A program made the translations under genes and the position numbers. The notes beneath the pieces were generated by a model. It saw only the letters and a program-made list of their open reading frames with translations, was not told where the DNA came from and ran no database searches. A stretch of 64,000 bases of DNA from Sarea resinae (lineage: Eukaryota), in contig JAPEUD010000001.1 in the NCBI GenBank assembly GCA_026026165.1, forward strand, positions 496,001-560,000, given 5' to 3'. This document shows positions 39,101 through 52,703 of this stretch, one piece after another; within the stretch, counting starts at the first letter, position 1, and every line of letters starts with the position of its first letter.

Positions 39101-40232
39101 TCCGGCTCGTCTCGACTCGACTCGACTCGACTCGTCTACTGAAGCGACGGGGCGAGCCAGCTGCGAGCCGTGAAGGTGCTCGAGTACTCTGTACATGTAC
39201 CTCGGCTGTCTGTGCTGTCTGTTCTATTCTGTCGTCCTTGACCACCGTTTGCACTGTCATTCACCGTCCAGGTGCGCATGAGTACGGCACGCATCGGTAC
39301 TCGGTACTTGTCTACATATTTCCCTCTGCTGGCTTGTCGCTTGCATGATCCGGCTCGGATCCAATGAATGCGCTCGCTAATTGCACCCCCAACCTCGAAA
39401 AAGGCTCTGACCTCTTTTTCCTCTCACCACTAGGGCTGCCACTGGGGCTGCACGACCTCACGACCTCACTACCTCACTACCTGGCCACTACCTCACCACT
39501 ACCTTACGACTTCTACCGGCCCAGGACGGGTTGCGCTCTCAGCTCTCTCACCCCAAAATACCCGCTCTCTTCCCTCTTCTGCGCGCTGCATATCCGGTTA
39601 GCGACTCTCGCCATCCACGTCTCTATCACCCGTCGTCCACCGTCCATCGTCCATCGCCGCACAGGAACGCACGAAGCCAAAGACGAGGCGGAGAGGGGTC
39701 TGATCGCCTCCACCCTTTGCCGTTTGGTCCGATTCGGGCGGGACGAGCAAGCAGTCACCCATACCAGCAGGTAAGGTACCTTGCCTGCCCTCGACACGAC
39801 TCAGTACCGCCGGTACTCTCCTTCACTCTGCACCTCCAAGTACTACGTAACGCCGTATTGATTACGTGACCACCAACGCGAAAAGAAAAGCCCGACTTCC
39901 CAATTTTCCTCGTTCCTTGTTCCCCTTCTCTCGTCTCTCGTCTCTTCTCGCCTCTGCCCTTCCTCGCCTCCCAAATACTCCCGCGCCTCTCCTCGTCTCG
40001 TCTCGTTTCGTCAACTACCAACACCAACACCACCATAGAAGGCTCGCTCGACGATCTCGCTTGAGCCAGCGTCGCTTCCCGCTGTCGCGAAAATCATCGA
40101 TTGCGTAGAGAGGCGTCTCGTCTCGACTGTCGATAGTCGATTGTTGACGACTGATCATTGTCGTGGATTGAACGCAATTAGCACTTCGCTGTTCAGCCTG
40201 AGGTGCAGAGGTTGAGCACTGGTAGACAACGC

Positions 40233-42474
40233 ATGTCGCATTCGCACGCCTCACCTCACCTCTTCCATCTGGACCAGACTCAATCGTTCCTCTCAACACC
40301 CTCACCGCCGTACCCGCAGTACGCGCAACCGAACATGTCGCAGCAAAACAATAACCAGGCACGGCAGCAGCAGCAGCAGCAGACGTCGTATCCGTCGCCG
40401 CATTCATATCCTTCACCGTCCATGTCGACGTACGCGTATCCGCCACCCCAACAACAACAGAACGTCGAGCCGTATCGTGCATCACCCACCGGATCACACG
40501 TGTCGCTGCCATCATTGAATCTTCCTCCGATCAGGGCCATGGACGGCCAGCAAACGCAGCAACAGCAGGCGGCGCAACAGCAGCAGCAGCGATCCCAGCA
40601 GCAGCAACAGCCTGGGCAGCCTCAAATGGGTTCGCCACTACCGCCTCCAGTCGCGCCGATGGGCTACTATCCGGCTCAAGGTCAACTACCTCCGGGGCAG
40701 CATCCAAATGTCACGTCCTCGCCTCATAATCAACAGATGCGCTACCCAATTCCCGCGCCGGATGGGAGGATCATGTCGGGAGGTAGACACAAGAAGGAAA
40801 TTAAGCGGAGGACCAAAACGGGTTGTCTGACCTGTCGCAAGCGACGAATAAAGGTATGTCGATGACGATCCTAGAGTCGAGTTTGAAGATTCGCAAGAGG
40901 TGCAGTCGTGGCGTAGGTGATGCTTCTTACCGAGCCGCCTTTAAAACGTCGGCTATGCAAGCGACTCGCTTCCTCGTCTCTGGAGACGAGACGAGACGAA
41001 GTCAAGTCGTGCCTGGTGCAATCTTGTTGCTGGACCGTGAACCTCCTACTACGCGACATGATGCTGACGAGCGTTTCCACAGTGCGACGAAGCCCATCCG
41101 ACGTGCCGAAATTGTCAGAAGAGCAAACGCGAATGCTTAGGCTACGATCCGATCTTCAAGAGTCAACCTGGTCCCGCAGCGATCCAGCCCGCACCGAGTG
41201 TCGGCCCCATCATGGCTGCCCCGATCCCAACCTCAGTGCCAGCTCCTTCACCCTACCCACCAGCGCCTCAAGGTTACGCGCCCGCCGTCAGCGCAGGCTA
41301 CGCCCCTCCACTCTCGGCAGGAGCGAGCTCGCCTGGTTCTTCCGTCGAGCCATATGACTATACGGCTGCGATCGATCCCGCTCTCGAGGCCTCTGCTCCC
41401 ACGCAGATCGCAGGGCAGGCGACGTCGTACGATGGGATACAAGGCTTTCGACCGGACCTGAAGGGAGCGCTGGACAGTGCAAGTCCTTATTCTACGGCGT
41501 CGGATACGCAAAACCAAAGAGGTGCATATCAATCCCATCTTATTGTTGATCCCTCTGGGTCCCAAGTAGATGGGCCTGCCGATGAATGGCTTGCTCACAC
41601 GTATTCTCCAGCAAAGCGGATCAAGATCGATGACCTCCTATCCGCTGGAGGGGTTGTCCCTCCGCCGCTCACGCCTCCCAGCGACCAGCCCTTGTCGATT
41701 ACTGCCGACATGTACGACTCGATCAAGGAGTTCTATCTTTCAGTGTACGCCCCAGCGATCGACAAGTTTTTGGAGACGCAATGGTTTTGCTCAAAAGGCT
41801 TGGCAATCTTGATGGCCGACAATCGTCTGTGCGATCAAATGTCGACTTTGATTAATAAGATCAAGGAAGGCCCAACTGTTCCCGATGATCTGGCCTTGAC
41901 TCAACAGATGGAGATTCGGGTCATCTGGTCTCTGATGCTCATGTGTCGCACCACGGCTTCCACGAGCAATGAGGAAGGAAAGCCACCTGGAGCGGAGGTC
42001 AGCGTGACCGAGACGGCCAAGAGGCTGGAGATTTTCGAGAACCTGGTCTGTTTGCATACCCTCGCCGCGAATCCGGTTGAGTCATTCAGTGGCACCACTA
42101 CGTACGGGTCAAGACGAGTCGAGGAACGAGACTTTTGGCGCTCCCTCGGCAATTTTATAACCCTGCACGAAAGCGACCCCAACGCCGCAAAGGACATCGA
42201 GAGCGCGCTGTCGGTTTGTCGAGGCGTTCTTGGCGGCTTGGAGAACCGCGACGTCTTGTATTCGATGGCCATTGCTCGACATCTCGGCCCGCGCATTCCC
42301 GGATTCCCCAACAACGTCCAGCCTGTCAGTAACAATGAAGATGACGCGCTGAACAAGGTCTACGTGGCCAAGAAGTTTCTGGAGGATGAAGCAATTGGCA
42401 AGGGGACTACGCAGGTGATCCAGCGGGTTTGTGCACTGGCTATTCGGTCGTGGTCATTGGCGTCGTCGCATTAG
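40233..42474 (+). CDS. Zn(II)2Cys6 transcription factor (RRTKTGC type; Moc3/Wor2-like cluster) with Q/P-rich N-terminus
   Basis: RRTKTGCLTCRKRRIK|CDEAHPTCRNCQKSKRECLGYDP across intron 40854-41082; conserved-looking helical C-terminal domain (YAPAIDKFLETQWF...LENRDVLYSMAIAR). Confidence 0.92.
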
Positions 42475-42919
42475 ACTAGGTTTATGGATGGATGTCCCGT
42501 GGGGGCTCAATCTCTCGCTCGTCTTTGTCGCTTGTTTTGCTTGCGGCCTCTAGACCTCGGAGCGAGCACTTGCATTCTCCGTTTTCGTTATCCGCATATT
42601 TTCCGGTTGTTTTCTTTCCCATGTCATCGACCTATACTGCCCGCCACTCCGGTCTTCCGTTTTGTCGTTTCTAGCATTAGAGATGGGGTTCCGGTATTCA
42701 AATTTCTTTCGTTCTAGCGTATGTATGGGGGCCTCGGGGAATTTGCGGGGGTGGGTGGGTTGGGGAAAGGGTCTTTTTTTTCGGGGGGTCCCTACCACAC
42801 AAAAAGAATGAAACCCCTGCCAGATGTAATGTAACCGGAGCTGTATTTCTTCTTTTTCCTCTCCCTCCTTCCTTTACGGTTGGACCGGCTTACTACCAAT
42901 AATAACCTCTTTTTCTCAC

Positions 42920-43610
42920 TTGCTCGCTCACTTGCTCGCTCACTCGCCAATCTTCTGTTCGATCCATCCATCCATCCATCCATCCATCCATCCAATTATC
43001 CATCTCCCGTGAGCTCTCTTATTTTCCTTTCTTTCTTTCTTTCTTTCTTTCCTTCTTTCCGGTTCCACTGCACATGGGGCCCGAGGACTCGGTCCTAGTC
43101 TTGTTCCTGGTCCTGGTCCTGGTACTGGTAATAGTGATTTAGGCGGTCAAGGGGGTAAAAGGAAGGCGAAGGGGGAAAATTCCAGGCAAAAATGGAAATT
43201 CGAAGAAGAATCAGAAGAAAGTATGTAAATAAAACATCAATGAAAGGAAAGAAAATGCTTCTTGTCTTCTTGTCTTGTCTTGTCTTCTTGTCTTCTTCTG
43301 ATACTGCTGCTATTCTGCTACTGCTGTTCTACTCGACTTTCTGCTACTTCCACTTTCTGCGATTCTACTCTACTGCTACTCTACTCGTGTCTGGAATGTG
43401 GGTAGGGTATAACAGACAGAGTCAAAGGAAAAGGGCAAAAGAGGGAAAGGGGGAAGGGGGAACAGAGGGAAGGGGGAACAGACTGACTGACTAAGTAATT
43501 AATTAACTAAGTAACTAGTTAATTACACTGCATCGGTCCCACGATCTTAGTCCTAATCCTAATCCTAATCCTGTTCCCAATCCTGATCCTAATGCCCACG
43601 AGAGCGACAC

Positions 43611-43645
<35 letters not shown>

Positions 43646-44190
43646 AAAAGAAAGACACTAAATTTCCCCCCTCCCCTCAAAAATAAAAAACCCTTTGGAA
43701 CTCTCTCTCTCTATTGACGTAGCTGGACGTAGCTTGATTGGCGTAGCTTGCTTGCTTGCTTGCTTGATTGATTGGGAAAGATCAGGAAAGATTGGGGGAT
43801 ATACGCAGGATTTATTGTTCTCACTTTATGCGCCTTTTTTTAATTTGAAGGAGGGGAGGGAGGGGAGGGGTGGGCTGAGGCTGGTGATATCTATGCATGT
43901 TTGTGCATATGCATGTGTATGCGTGCATGTGTGTTGTATGGATGTGTGTGGATGGATAGATGTGGATGAATAGATGGATGGATGAATTTCTGGATGAATA
44001 AAGGCAGACAAGCGCATGCGCGCACGCTATGCAACCAGCGCCTCTATCTCTCTCTCCATTCTTGAATCTCTCCGTCCCATGCACCGACCTAACCTGACCT
44101 AACCTGACCTGACCATGCACAGGCTTTGGAGGACCTTTTCTAGACTTCCCCATCATCGAATCACTCGTTCGCATCGTTCGTTCGTTCACT
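42920..44190. repeat. Microsatellite island
   Basis: Arrays of TGCTCGCTCACT, CCAT, CTTT, TCCTGG, CTTGTCTT, GACT, TCCTAA, GA, GCTT, GATT, ACCTG, TTCG units. Confidence 0.9.
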
Positions 44191-44428
44191 CGATATCACC
44201 TTAACGGGCGGCATGGAGTTGCTCTCAGCTGGAGTACATGTCTAGATGCTTGTATATGCTATTTTCCCGCCCCGTACCATTCATTTATTTCTCGCTTTCT
44301 CCCTCGGATCCCCCGCCTGCCGCCCCCCCAGACAAACTCGTGCGGTGTCGTGGAGCTGAGAGAGCGCTCGGCCAGCTAGCCAGCCACCTCGGCCCTTGGT
44401 TCCCTGTCCTCGTGAGACCAGGACTGCG

Positions 44429-47136
44429 CTATGCGGTAGCAGACAACCGAGGTGCAGACGCTGACGCGTTATACTTCCTCAACGTGTCCTGCGCCGTGAC
44501 AATCTTCATGCCGATCCTATGACGAGAAAAATCAAAATTCAGTAAGGCGAAACTAGAAGCACCTCGGCTTCAACAGACAAAAAGACAGAGCTTACCTGGC
44601 GTCCAGCTCGTAGCTCTCCCATCGGGCCGCCTTGTCCAACCACTCGGCGCACTTGGCCACCTTCTCCTGATCGCCTTCCCCTCTGCTCCCATCCCGCTCG
44701 AGCCAATACGCAACTGCCATCTCGTAGTGCGCCGTCGGACACGTCCAGTCTTCTTTCAACGGTCCCTTGAAAGCAGCGCGATCATGGCATAAGATCTCTT
44801 TCTGCAGCACATCCCGTGCCTCGTCGAAGCGGCCCAGATTGCGTAAAGTGACAGCTCGCAACAGCGCAAGCGTGGCATGCTCGTCCAGTTCTTCACGGGA
44901 CCAGTTGGCGTTAGAAGGAGACGAAGACCAGGCGAGCGCAGCGAGAGAGTCTTCGAGGTGGGTAGGCCGCATCCGTTTGAAGCCGTTCCAGAGGTAGATC
45001 ATTTCTTCGATGGGAGAGACGCCGACAGCATCGACGAGAGGGACTTTCCACTCGCTGGCGCGGGCTTCCCATTTCTGGAGTTTGCGATACACAAAGATAT
45101 CAAACGGCAGCTGGCGGGCCATGAAACGTTTCTTCCCGGTGTGTTTGGGGACTTCATGCAGGAGTTCCTCGGCTTTGGCTGCATGTTTTTGCTGCAGTGG
45201 CTTAGTTAGCAGAGACCAAGCCGAGACAATAGATCTTCTTACGGCTAATTTGGGGTCACTCGTCATGAACCGGCGGTATAGCTCGACATGTGCGGCGCCC
45301 GCAATGTAGTAGTAAAGAGCATGAGACCAGCTGTTGAGCTCGATGCACTGGAGGTTCGACGTCAGTAACGTCCTAGCGAATGACTGCAGGCTCCACTACC
45401 TTGAGAAAAGAATCCGCGCAGAGCTCATATCGATGTAGATACATTGCATCCAAGCTCTTTTCGAACATGGCAAGAGCCTCGACCTGCTTCAACGGACTCT
45501 GAGTCTCTCCGCTCAAAAGCTCAACCCCTTTCTCAAGGTTTCCGTTCGCCGCTTCCATTCTGGCATCCTCAAGCAGCCAGAGATAGCTTTTCGGGTACTG
45601 TCTTCGCATCTCTGCCAAGAGAGCTTCCAAGCGCTCTCGAGGGTAACCCTCCAGCTCGTCCTGGTCCCCATCCGGCAAGATGTCGGCGAATCCTATCAGC
45701 CCGTTGTAAAAGGTAAGTATGACCAATGCAGCCAATGCACCATGGATGTTCTGGTATTTGCTTGCTTCCCAGATCATGCGAAGTCCCCTTTCTCTGTCAC
45801 CTTTGAATCCGATGATATACAGGAGCTTTCCAAAAGCTGGAGGGATCATCGACATCATCACCAATAGCATGCCAAAGCAAAAGTTCGCTCCTGAGTGAGT
45901 AAATGCTTCGATCGGGTTCAATTTGCCCCAAGCGTCTTCTTCTTGTGCTGAAGATCCGTTGAGTGTTGCCGTCTCCGTCGGGGGGCGAGAAGACGTGGAC
46001 TGCGACTCGGCGAAGTCTTGAGCAGCCATTTGATCTTGCAAAGATAGATCGTTCAACTTCTCAATCACGGGATTGGTCTCTATATGACCTGTGTATGTTG
46101 CTGGAGTCCGAAGCCCGTCGTGGGTCTCATCTGCGTCATAAAAATCATCGATCTCATTATTTCCTGACCCGTTCGACTCATTCTTGCGACTCTGTGCATC
46201 GTTGACGACTGAAGCATCCGTTGAAGAATACGGCGGTAGCAGACTATCGTTACTTGACGCAGCCGGAGGTTCCATCGGAGGTTCGACGGTCTGCTTTGAT
46301 TTGCTCGATTGCAGAGAAGCTGAAGAAACGGTTCTTGCACTGTCTATGCTAACTGTGCTCCTTTCCTTCAGGTAACTCTCCTCTGAATCTAATATTCTCT
46401 GGAGCGTAATATAGGCTTTCCGGAGTTTGTAGAACCCCTTTATGCTTTCAGTCAGACTCTCGGTCATTACGGCCACCACCGCATTCATTAGTTGGGATTC
46501 TGCGTGGCACAGAGCAAAGACGGTCCCGGGGGCATAGATGGTCGAGTGATTGGAGGCAGGATCGCGCTGCGCATGACGCTCATCGTTCGAAGAGGCTACT
46601 TCCGCTTCTCCGAGGCGATCAGAAGCTTTCGTAGATGACCGGTCAGCCGACTGTACCAATAATCGACGAGGGTTTTCCAACCTTCTTTCATTATTTCGCG
46701 CTCAAAGCCTAGAGTAGCCTTGATGAAAGCTACCACTCCCATTCCGAGCTAGAAACGCACTGATTGTAAGCCATGGGACGAATGGTAGAACGAAGCAGTA
46801 ATTGATGTGCCAAGCCTCCAAGAAAGCTCGTCATTTTGACCTTACCTTGTGAAACGTAGAATGGCCTTTCATTAAGCCTGCTTCGGCAGCCTCAACATCG
46901 TCATTCATGATATGCATAACAGCTGAGATCGTATAAGCCAACATCCTGTTCTGAAACACTCAATGCCGTCGTACATCTCATAGCATCCTCCACTGTGCGC
47001 AAAGGTCAGCTTTGAATATCTCGTCGAATCAAGTAACAATGTCCATACAAGATTGTGGCTCCTCCAAAGAGGTCAGCGATTGTGTCGAACTGGCAATCCG
47101 TGGCTTGGACTGAAGCCATGATCCCATGCGCAACAT
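44429..47136 (-). CDS. IML2: IML2/TTC39-family TPR-like protein; multi-exon with an 18-nt microexon (46975-46992)
   Basis: IMNDDVEAAEAGL, IYAPGTVFALCHAESQLMNAVV, ESIKGFYKLRKAY, GFKGDRERGLRMIW, NSWSHALYYY, KKRFMARQLPFD, VSPIEEMIYLWNG, WESYELDAR|IGMKI. Confidence 0.9.
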
Positions 47137-47912
47137 CTTGAATATTTACACGGACACAGCCGGTGATGAATTGATAAATGAAATAAAGAGGACGGTCTTA
47201 TTCAAAGCCGAAAAGAGAATGAAAAGAGGGATGTGAGGTAATGATCAACTCAAGGCGGGCCGAGACCCGAGCGAGATTCGAAGAGTTGATGGCATGACCA
47301 GAAGGTAGAGAAAGGAGAGGATGAAGAACAATGATTGGAAATGGAAGAAGGAGAGAGGAGTCAACCAAGTATTCAGAAGACCTCAAGACCTGGAAATCTC
47401 ACGACCTCGAAAGCCCTGTCCGAATAGAAGGATGAAGAGGCAATCAACTCGACAACAGGAGGACGGCGACAACGACCCTCAGGCATCCATGGATCTACGG
47501 GGATCTCTATCTAACGATGTCATTGTGGTTCCTTGCCGATGGCCATATCGGGTAGTGCAATGTACCGACTACCGGGGACCGTGCTCGGTTTCAGTGCGAC
47601 AACGGTTATCAGCAGGAATCGTGGCATGTATATCTACCTTCGACCCAGCCTGTCAGATACCGCATCTGGCCCATCTGGCCCATGGATGAATGAATGAGCG
47701 AGTCAATGCGACGGCAGATCCCGTCATCCATCCCATTTCATCCATCCATCATCCATCAGCCATCAGCCCTCAGCCATCAGCCCTCAGCCATCAGCCATCA
47801 CAGACGACGCAGCCGACAAGCTTACCAGTGCTTTTGTTTGTTCAAGATACCAACTTGGACCTTCCCAACCCTTCTTCCCACCGTACCAGCCACAAACAAA
47901 TCCTCACAAGAC

Positions 47913-48408
47913 ATGTCCGGATCTGCCCAAGGCTCCTCGCAGATGGCCAAGAAGGGCCTCGCAGAAGACAGCCCAAAGACCGGCGAAACAGCCAAGGAAC
48001 AGCTTCAGGGAAAGCCCGCCGCCAGTCTCGAAGAAGATGACGAGTTTGAAGACTTCCCCGTCGAAGGTACGTCCAGCACCATCACCGCTCCAGTCCCTCA
48101 CCCTCATCGCTTCAACATGATACGGTTCGAAGCAGGGCACAACCGCCCCGAGCACAGCTGACAAGCCGACCAGACTGGACCCAAGAAGACGTCGAAGGGC
48201 CTGAGGGCAACGCCCACTTGTGGGAAGAGAGTTGGGACGATGATGACACGAGTGAAGATTTCTCGGCGCAGCTAAAGTGAGTGAGCGAGCATGCAGAAAG
48301 GATCGTTGTGCATGCAGATCTACTGTTCAATGGAATGATTCTGGTTACTGATGAACCCTTAACAGAGAAGAGTTGAAGAAAGTCGAGTCTTCCGGCCGAC
48401 GGGGCTAG
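47913..48408 (+). CDS. SEM1: 26S proteasome/TREX-2 subunit Sem1 (DSS1); 3 exons
   Basis: LEEDDEFEDFPVE|DW...HLWEESWDDDDTSEDFSAQLK|EELKK. Confidence 0.95.
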
Positions 48409-48884
48409 ATCCTAGCTGGAACAAGATTTCTCTCTTGCGAGCGACTGAGGATCAGACAAGGCGTTGGAGCGGAGACCATGGCATGCATTTCGTTCAACTA
48501 TTTTACGGCGCGTTTTGATTCATTGTACATACATAGCAGTATCGACACTTGGGACCACAACCATACAAATCACTGTTAGCACCTCGTGGACAAAGCCTAC
48601 AGCATCAAATACGCAGCAAGGCTCGTGCGACCACCACTCCAGAGCGATCATCATTAGCGCCTTTCCCGTCAAACGGAATAGCGGATTATTGATTGTTTAT
48701 ATGGACTTTTCATATATATGCGTTACGATCATTAAGATCCATTCATAACTCCGACGAGCAATCAACTCATGAAACCATTAAAATCTCGTTCCGGCCTCGA
48801 GCGTGATACCAAGTTGTTAATGTTTTGGACCCAACATGAGAGGTGCCGGGCTCTAACCCACTGTGATTGGGCGGAGAGCATAAT

Positions 48885-50378
48885 TTACTTGGTCTGCAGG
48901 CTGTTAGTCAATGGTATTGGCTGGTCGGAGACCATTGAAGGTTTTACTCACGGAGAGGGCGACAACACCGGGAAGGGCTTTGCCTTCAAGAAGTTCGAGG
49001 GAACTAGAGTAGCTGTTAGTGATGACTCAATTATTCACTTGGCAGGACAACTCACGCTCCGCCTCCGGTCGAGACGTGGCTAAGCTTGCTCTCCACCCCA
49101 TACTTGGCTGCCACGGTGGCAGTGTCACCACCACCAATGATGACAATCTTGCCAGAGGTAGCAGCTGCGACGGCAGCATCCAGGGTGGCCTTGGTTCCCT
49201 TGGCGAAAGCCTCGAATTCGAAGACTCCCGGAGGACCGTTCCAGAGGATGGTGTTGGCCTCTGCGATCGTGCTCTTGTAGAGCTCGATACTCTTCTCACC
49301 ACAGTCCAGACCCATCCAGCCATCTGGGATACCCTCCGCATCGGTGGCATATCCGGTCTTGGCGTCCTTGTCAAACTTATCGGCGGTGATGTAGTCCACC
49401 GGCAGCACAATCTTGACATTGTTCTTCTTGGCCTTCTCGACAAGAGCGGCAACGGTCTTGCTGCCAGCCTCGTCGAACAAGCTGTCTCCGATCTTGACGT
49501 TCTCGAGCGTCTTCTTGAAGGTGAAAGCCATACCACCGCAGATGATCAGGCTGTTGACCTTGCCGAGAAGGTTGTCGATCAGCTGGATCTTGTCGGAGAC
49601 CTTTGCGCCGCCAAGGATGGCAAGGAAGGGACGCTTGGGGTTCTCAAGAGCTTGAGCGAAGTAGTCGAGTTCCTTCTTCACGAGGAAACCAGACGCCTTC
49701 TGGGGGAGATCAACACCGACCATAGAGCTGTGGGCCCGATGAGCTGTGCCAAAAGCATCGTCTATGAGCCGTTGTTAGCTTGACTGTTCACGTGGCTCAA
49801 TGCAGGCGTTAAAGACGTACTGATATAAATGTCTCCCAATGCGGTCAATCCAGCCCGGAATTCCTTGACCTTTTCAGGATCGGCCTTGACCTTCTTTCCG
49901 TCTGGTCCCTTGCTGCTGCCCTCTTCCTCGGCGTGGAAACGAAGGTTCTCCAGCAGGATGATCTGGCCTCCGGAGGCCTTGTTCACGGTCTCTTCAACCT
50001 CCTTTCCGACCGACTCGTTGCAGAAGATGACCTTCTTGTCGAGCAGCTTCTCGAGCACGGGAACAACGGGCTGCAGGCTGTACTTCTCAGATCGCTTACC
50101 GTCGGGACGACCAAGGTGGGACATAAGAATGATTGCCTTGGCACCGTGCTCGGCAGCATATTTGATGGTGGGGAGGGCACCAACGATACGCTGGTTGTTG
50201 GTGACCTGCTTCTCAGCATTGAGAGGGACGTTGAAGTCGACCTGCGCGGAATGAATCATTAGCAATGCATTCAGTTTGGCGGTCGATGAAAAGGAAAGTC
50301 GATGGAGCATACCCGGATCAAGACACGCTTGCCGGTCAAGTCAACGTCGGTGATTGCGAGCTTGTTGGAGAGAGACAT
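48885..50378 (-). CDS. PGK1: Phosphoglycerate kinase; multi-exon, last exon ACC AAG TAA
   Basis: [108 protein letters not shown]. Confidence 0.98.
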
Positions 50379-51537
50379 GTTGAGAATAGGTAGTGGGAAT
50401 AAGGTATAAGGATGGTTCGGGATCGCTGGGTTGATCTTTGCAATGCAATTGATCTCTGAGGAAAGGAAAGACGGTAGGAGAGGATCACTACTGTCAATAT
50501 AAAGCACTTTTAGGGATGGTCTGATGCGCGAGTTGTTGTCTGGCGGGTAGTGGGAGAATGGCAAGGTGGGTGGTGAGTTGGGTGTGAGGGCTGCTACGGG
50601 TGGTGTTACTCGTATTGGCAGACTCAGTGCCGTGGTGCAGCGGTGCAGCGGTGGTGGTGAGGGTAGCGGGGCACCTTCTGGTCGGTTCGTTGGTGGGGTG
50701 AATCTGACGCAACCGCAAAGTTCCGAAAGGACTGATGGACGCGGGATATTATTGATAAGACGACCGACCGAGCAGGCCAAAGGGAAGAAAAAGCCTCAGC
50801 TCTGGGTCTACTCATAGTACGCCGTACTAACCTACCTCACCTACCTTCCCGTGGGCCAGCAAACGACCTCCAGGCATCACTCGTATGTATGTAGTAGAAT
50901 CAGAAACAGCGCATTCGTTCACCACTTGACCATGGAGGCGGGACAACATGGAATATAGCAGTCGCCATATCCGGTGCATAATTGATCAGCAATTATATTC
51001 GCAGACCTCATGCTTGGCGGTCGTGACACCAATCTCGCAATCGGCAACTACCTGACCAGTGCTTGATTATTTGAAGGACGTTTTTCATTTCAGGTCAACC
51101 AGTAAACACCATATCAAGATCCAGCTGTAGGCACCATCACAGATATCAGACATTGTCGATTGGACTAAAGTAAACTCATGATATATAATAATAGTCTAGA
51201 CGATGGAGCCATCCGAGGCTATCTACTACTACTGACTTGCATCAAGCTATACTGGCCTAAAACTCCAAGGAAAGTACATCTGCATTCGGCGCAATTTAAA
51301 CCGCAGCACGCTCCCCGAAATTTTGATCGAGAAGCAGCCCAACACCCAAAAACCGTACTCCGTACAAATACCATACCGTCAAACACCAAGAACCTGGAAC
51401 GCGAGCCCACGCTGTACAACGACAGAAGAAATCGCCAGTGCCAATGCAGGTTATTCGACCCCATCTCGACGACCCTTGCTCTATACATCGAAACAAACGC
51501 CGCCAAATTGTATTCCAACTCAATCTAGTAAAGCGCT

Positions 51538-52703
51538 CTATGCGTCTTCGGATGAATTCGCGAGTGATAAGTATGCCGTCCAAGCGATACCGATGGTAGA
51601 AACGAAAGGCTGCATCATGATGTTAGTCTCAAGTCGACATTCAAGATGTGTCCAAAGGTTGACCTACTATCTGAAACTGAATTGGCAAAAGTCTGAAGTT
51701 GATAATCTGCACAGCTGGCCAGATGACATAATTGGCTTTCAAGGCTGGCAGGTATACATCCTGGAACTTTCGCATAACTGCACGTTTGCCCCCGCCCTCG
51801 GCGACTGTCATGAACGTGAAGAAGCAGGCCAGACCTGAGAGAAAGTTAGACGCTTATGGGCTTGACTATTGAGGGGTTCCCTGGGCTGGACGGCCAACGT
51901 ACCACATGGAGCGAACATCAGTTGATCAAAAGCCACCCTTTTCAAAGCTGGAGCGGTCCCGCTCGCCTTTGTGATTGGGAATATGCGAGCTAAGACGCCA
52001 AACCATTTCCATTGGATTGGAGCCATTATGAAGCCGTAAGCCATGAATCTTGTGAGCCTCTCGAAGTCGAATGGTGGTGGAAGCCTCATGGAAGGAGGGA
52101 TCAGTTCACCCTGCGGCAACGGATTCTTCTTATCAAGCTCGTGTATTTCTATCGCAATGAAGTCATCCTTGCTGATGCCGCCTGGTTGTCGTATTGCTCT
52201 TTGACGAATGGATGTTAGGGTTTGAGCGACGGTGTCGGCAATGCCTCCAAGGACCTGCAGTAGAGATAGGTAATGAGTAACAGGAATATGATATGGGCAA
52301 GATGATTGAAAGCAGCTAAGGTGAAGCATACGGCATTAGTGACCATGGTGGTCAAGACTATCATCGTTGAAATCAGTCAAGGATTCTCGAGTCGGTATCA
52401 TGGATGTCGAGTATCTCTACATACCTGGTTTATCCGCATAGGCCGAGTTGAATTTTTGGATAAGCCTCATAACGATCAACATCTGAATGAAGAATACTAT
52501 TGAGTGTAATAGAGGCTGAAGAATCGATGAAGAGTGAAGAGATTAGCTGTTGCATCACTAGCGTCCACTTCCCGTGGACGATGACGGGGGGCGGCATCAT
52601 CAGTGCCAATCGAAGGACGGGAGCGCCTCACTATTTTGCCATAAATGTAACGACTGTTGAGTGCATCCAGCACTCGCCTTTTAGCGGTTGAAATGGAATT
52701 CAT
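51538..52703 (-). CDS. Mpv17/PMP22-family membrane protein; multi-exon
   Basis: KPV|LTTMVTNA|VLGGIADTVAQ, FDFERLTRFMAYGF, ALKRVAFDQLMFAP, LKANYVIWPAVQIINFRL, IAWTAYLSLANSS. Confidence 0.88.

Noticed and set aside
48760..48960. Cryptic peroxisomal PTS1 on PGK via alternative splicing or read-through, as known in some fungi
   Set aside because: Read-through, intron retention and the alternative donors/acceptors I tried end in FMS, TID, TVG, PKH or TRF. An AGT AAA TTA (SKL) in another frame is followed by TGC rather than a stop and no plausible splice reaches it.
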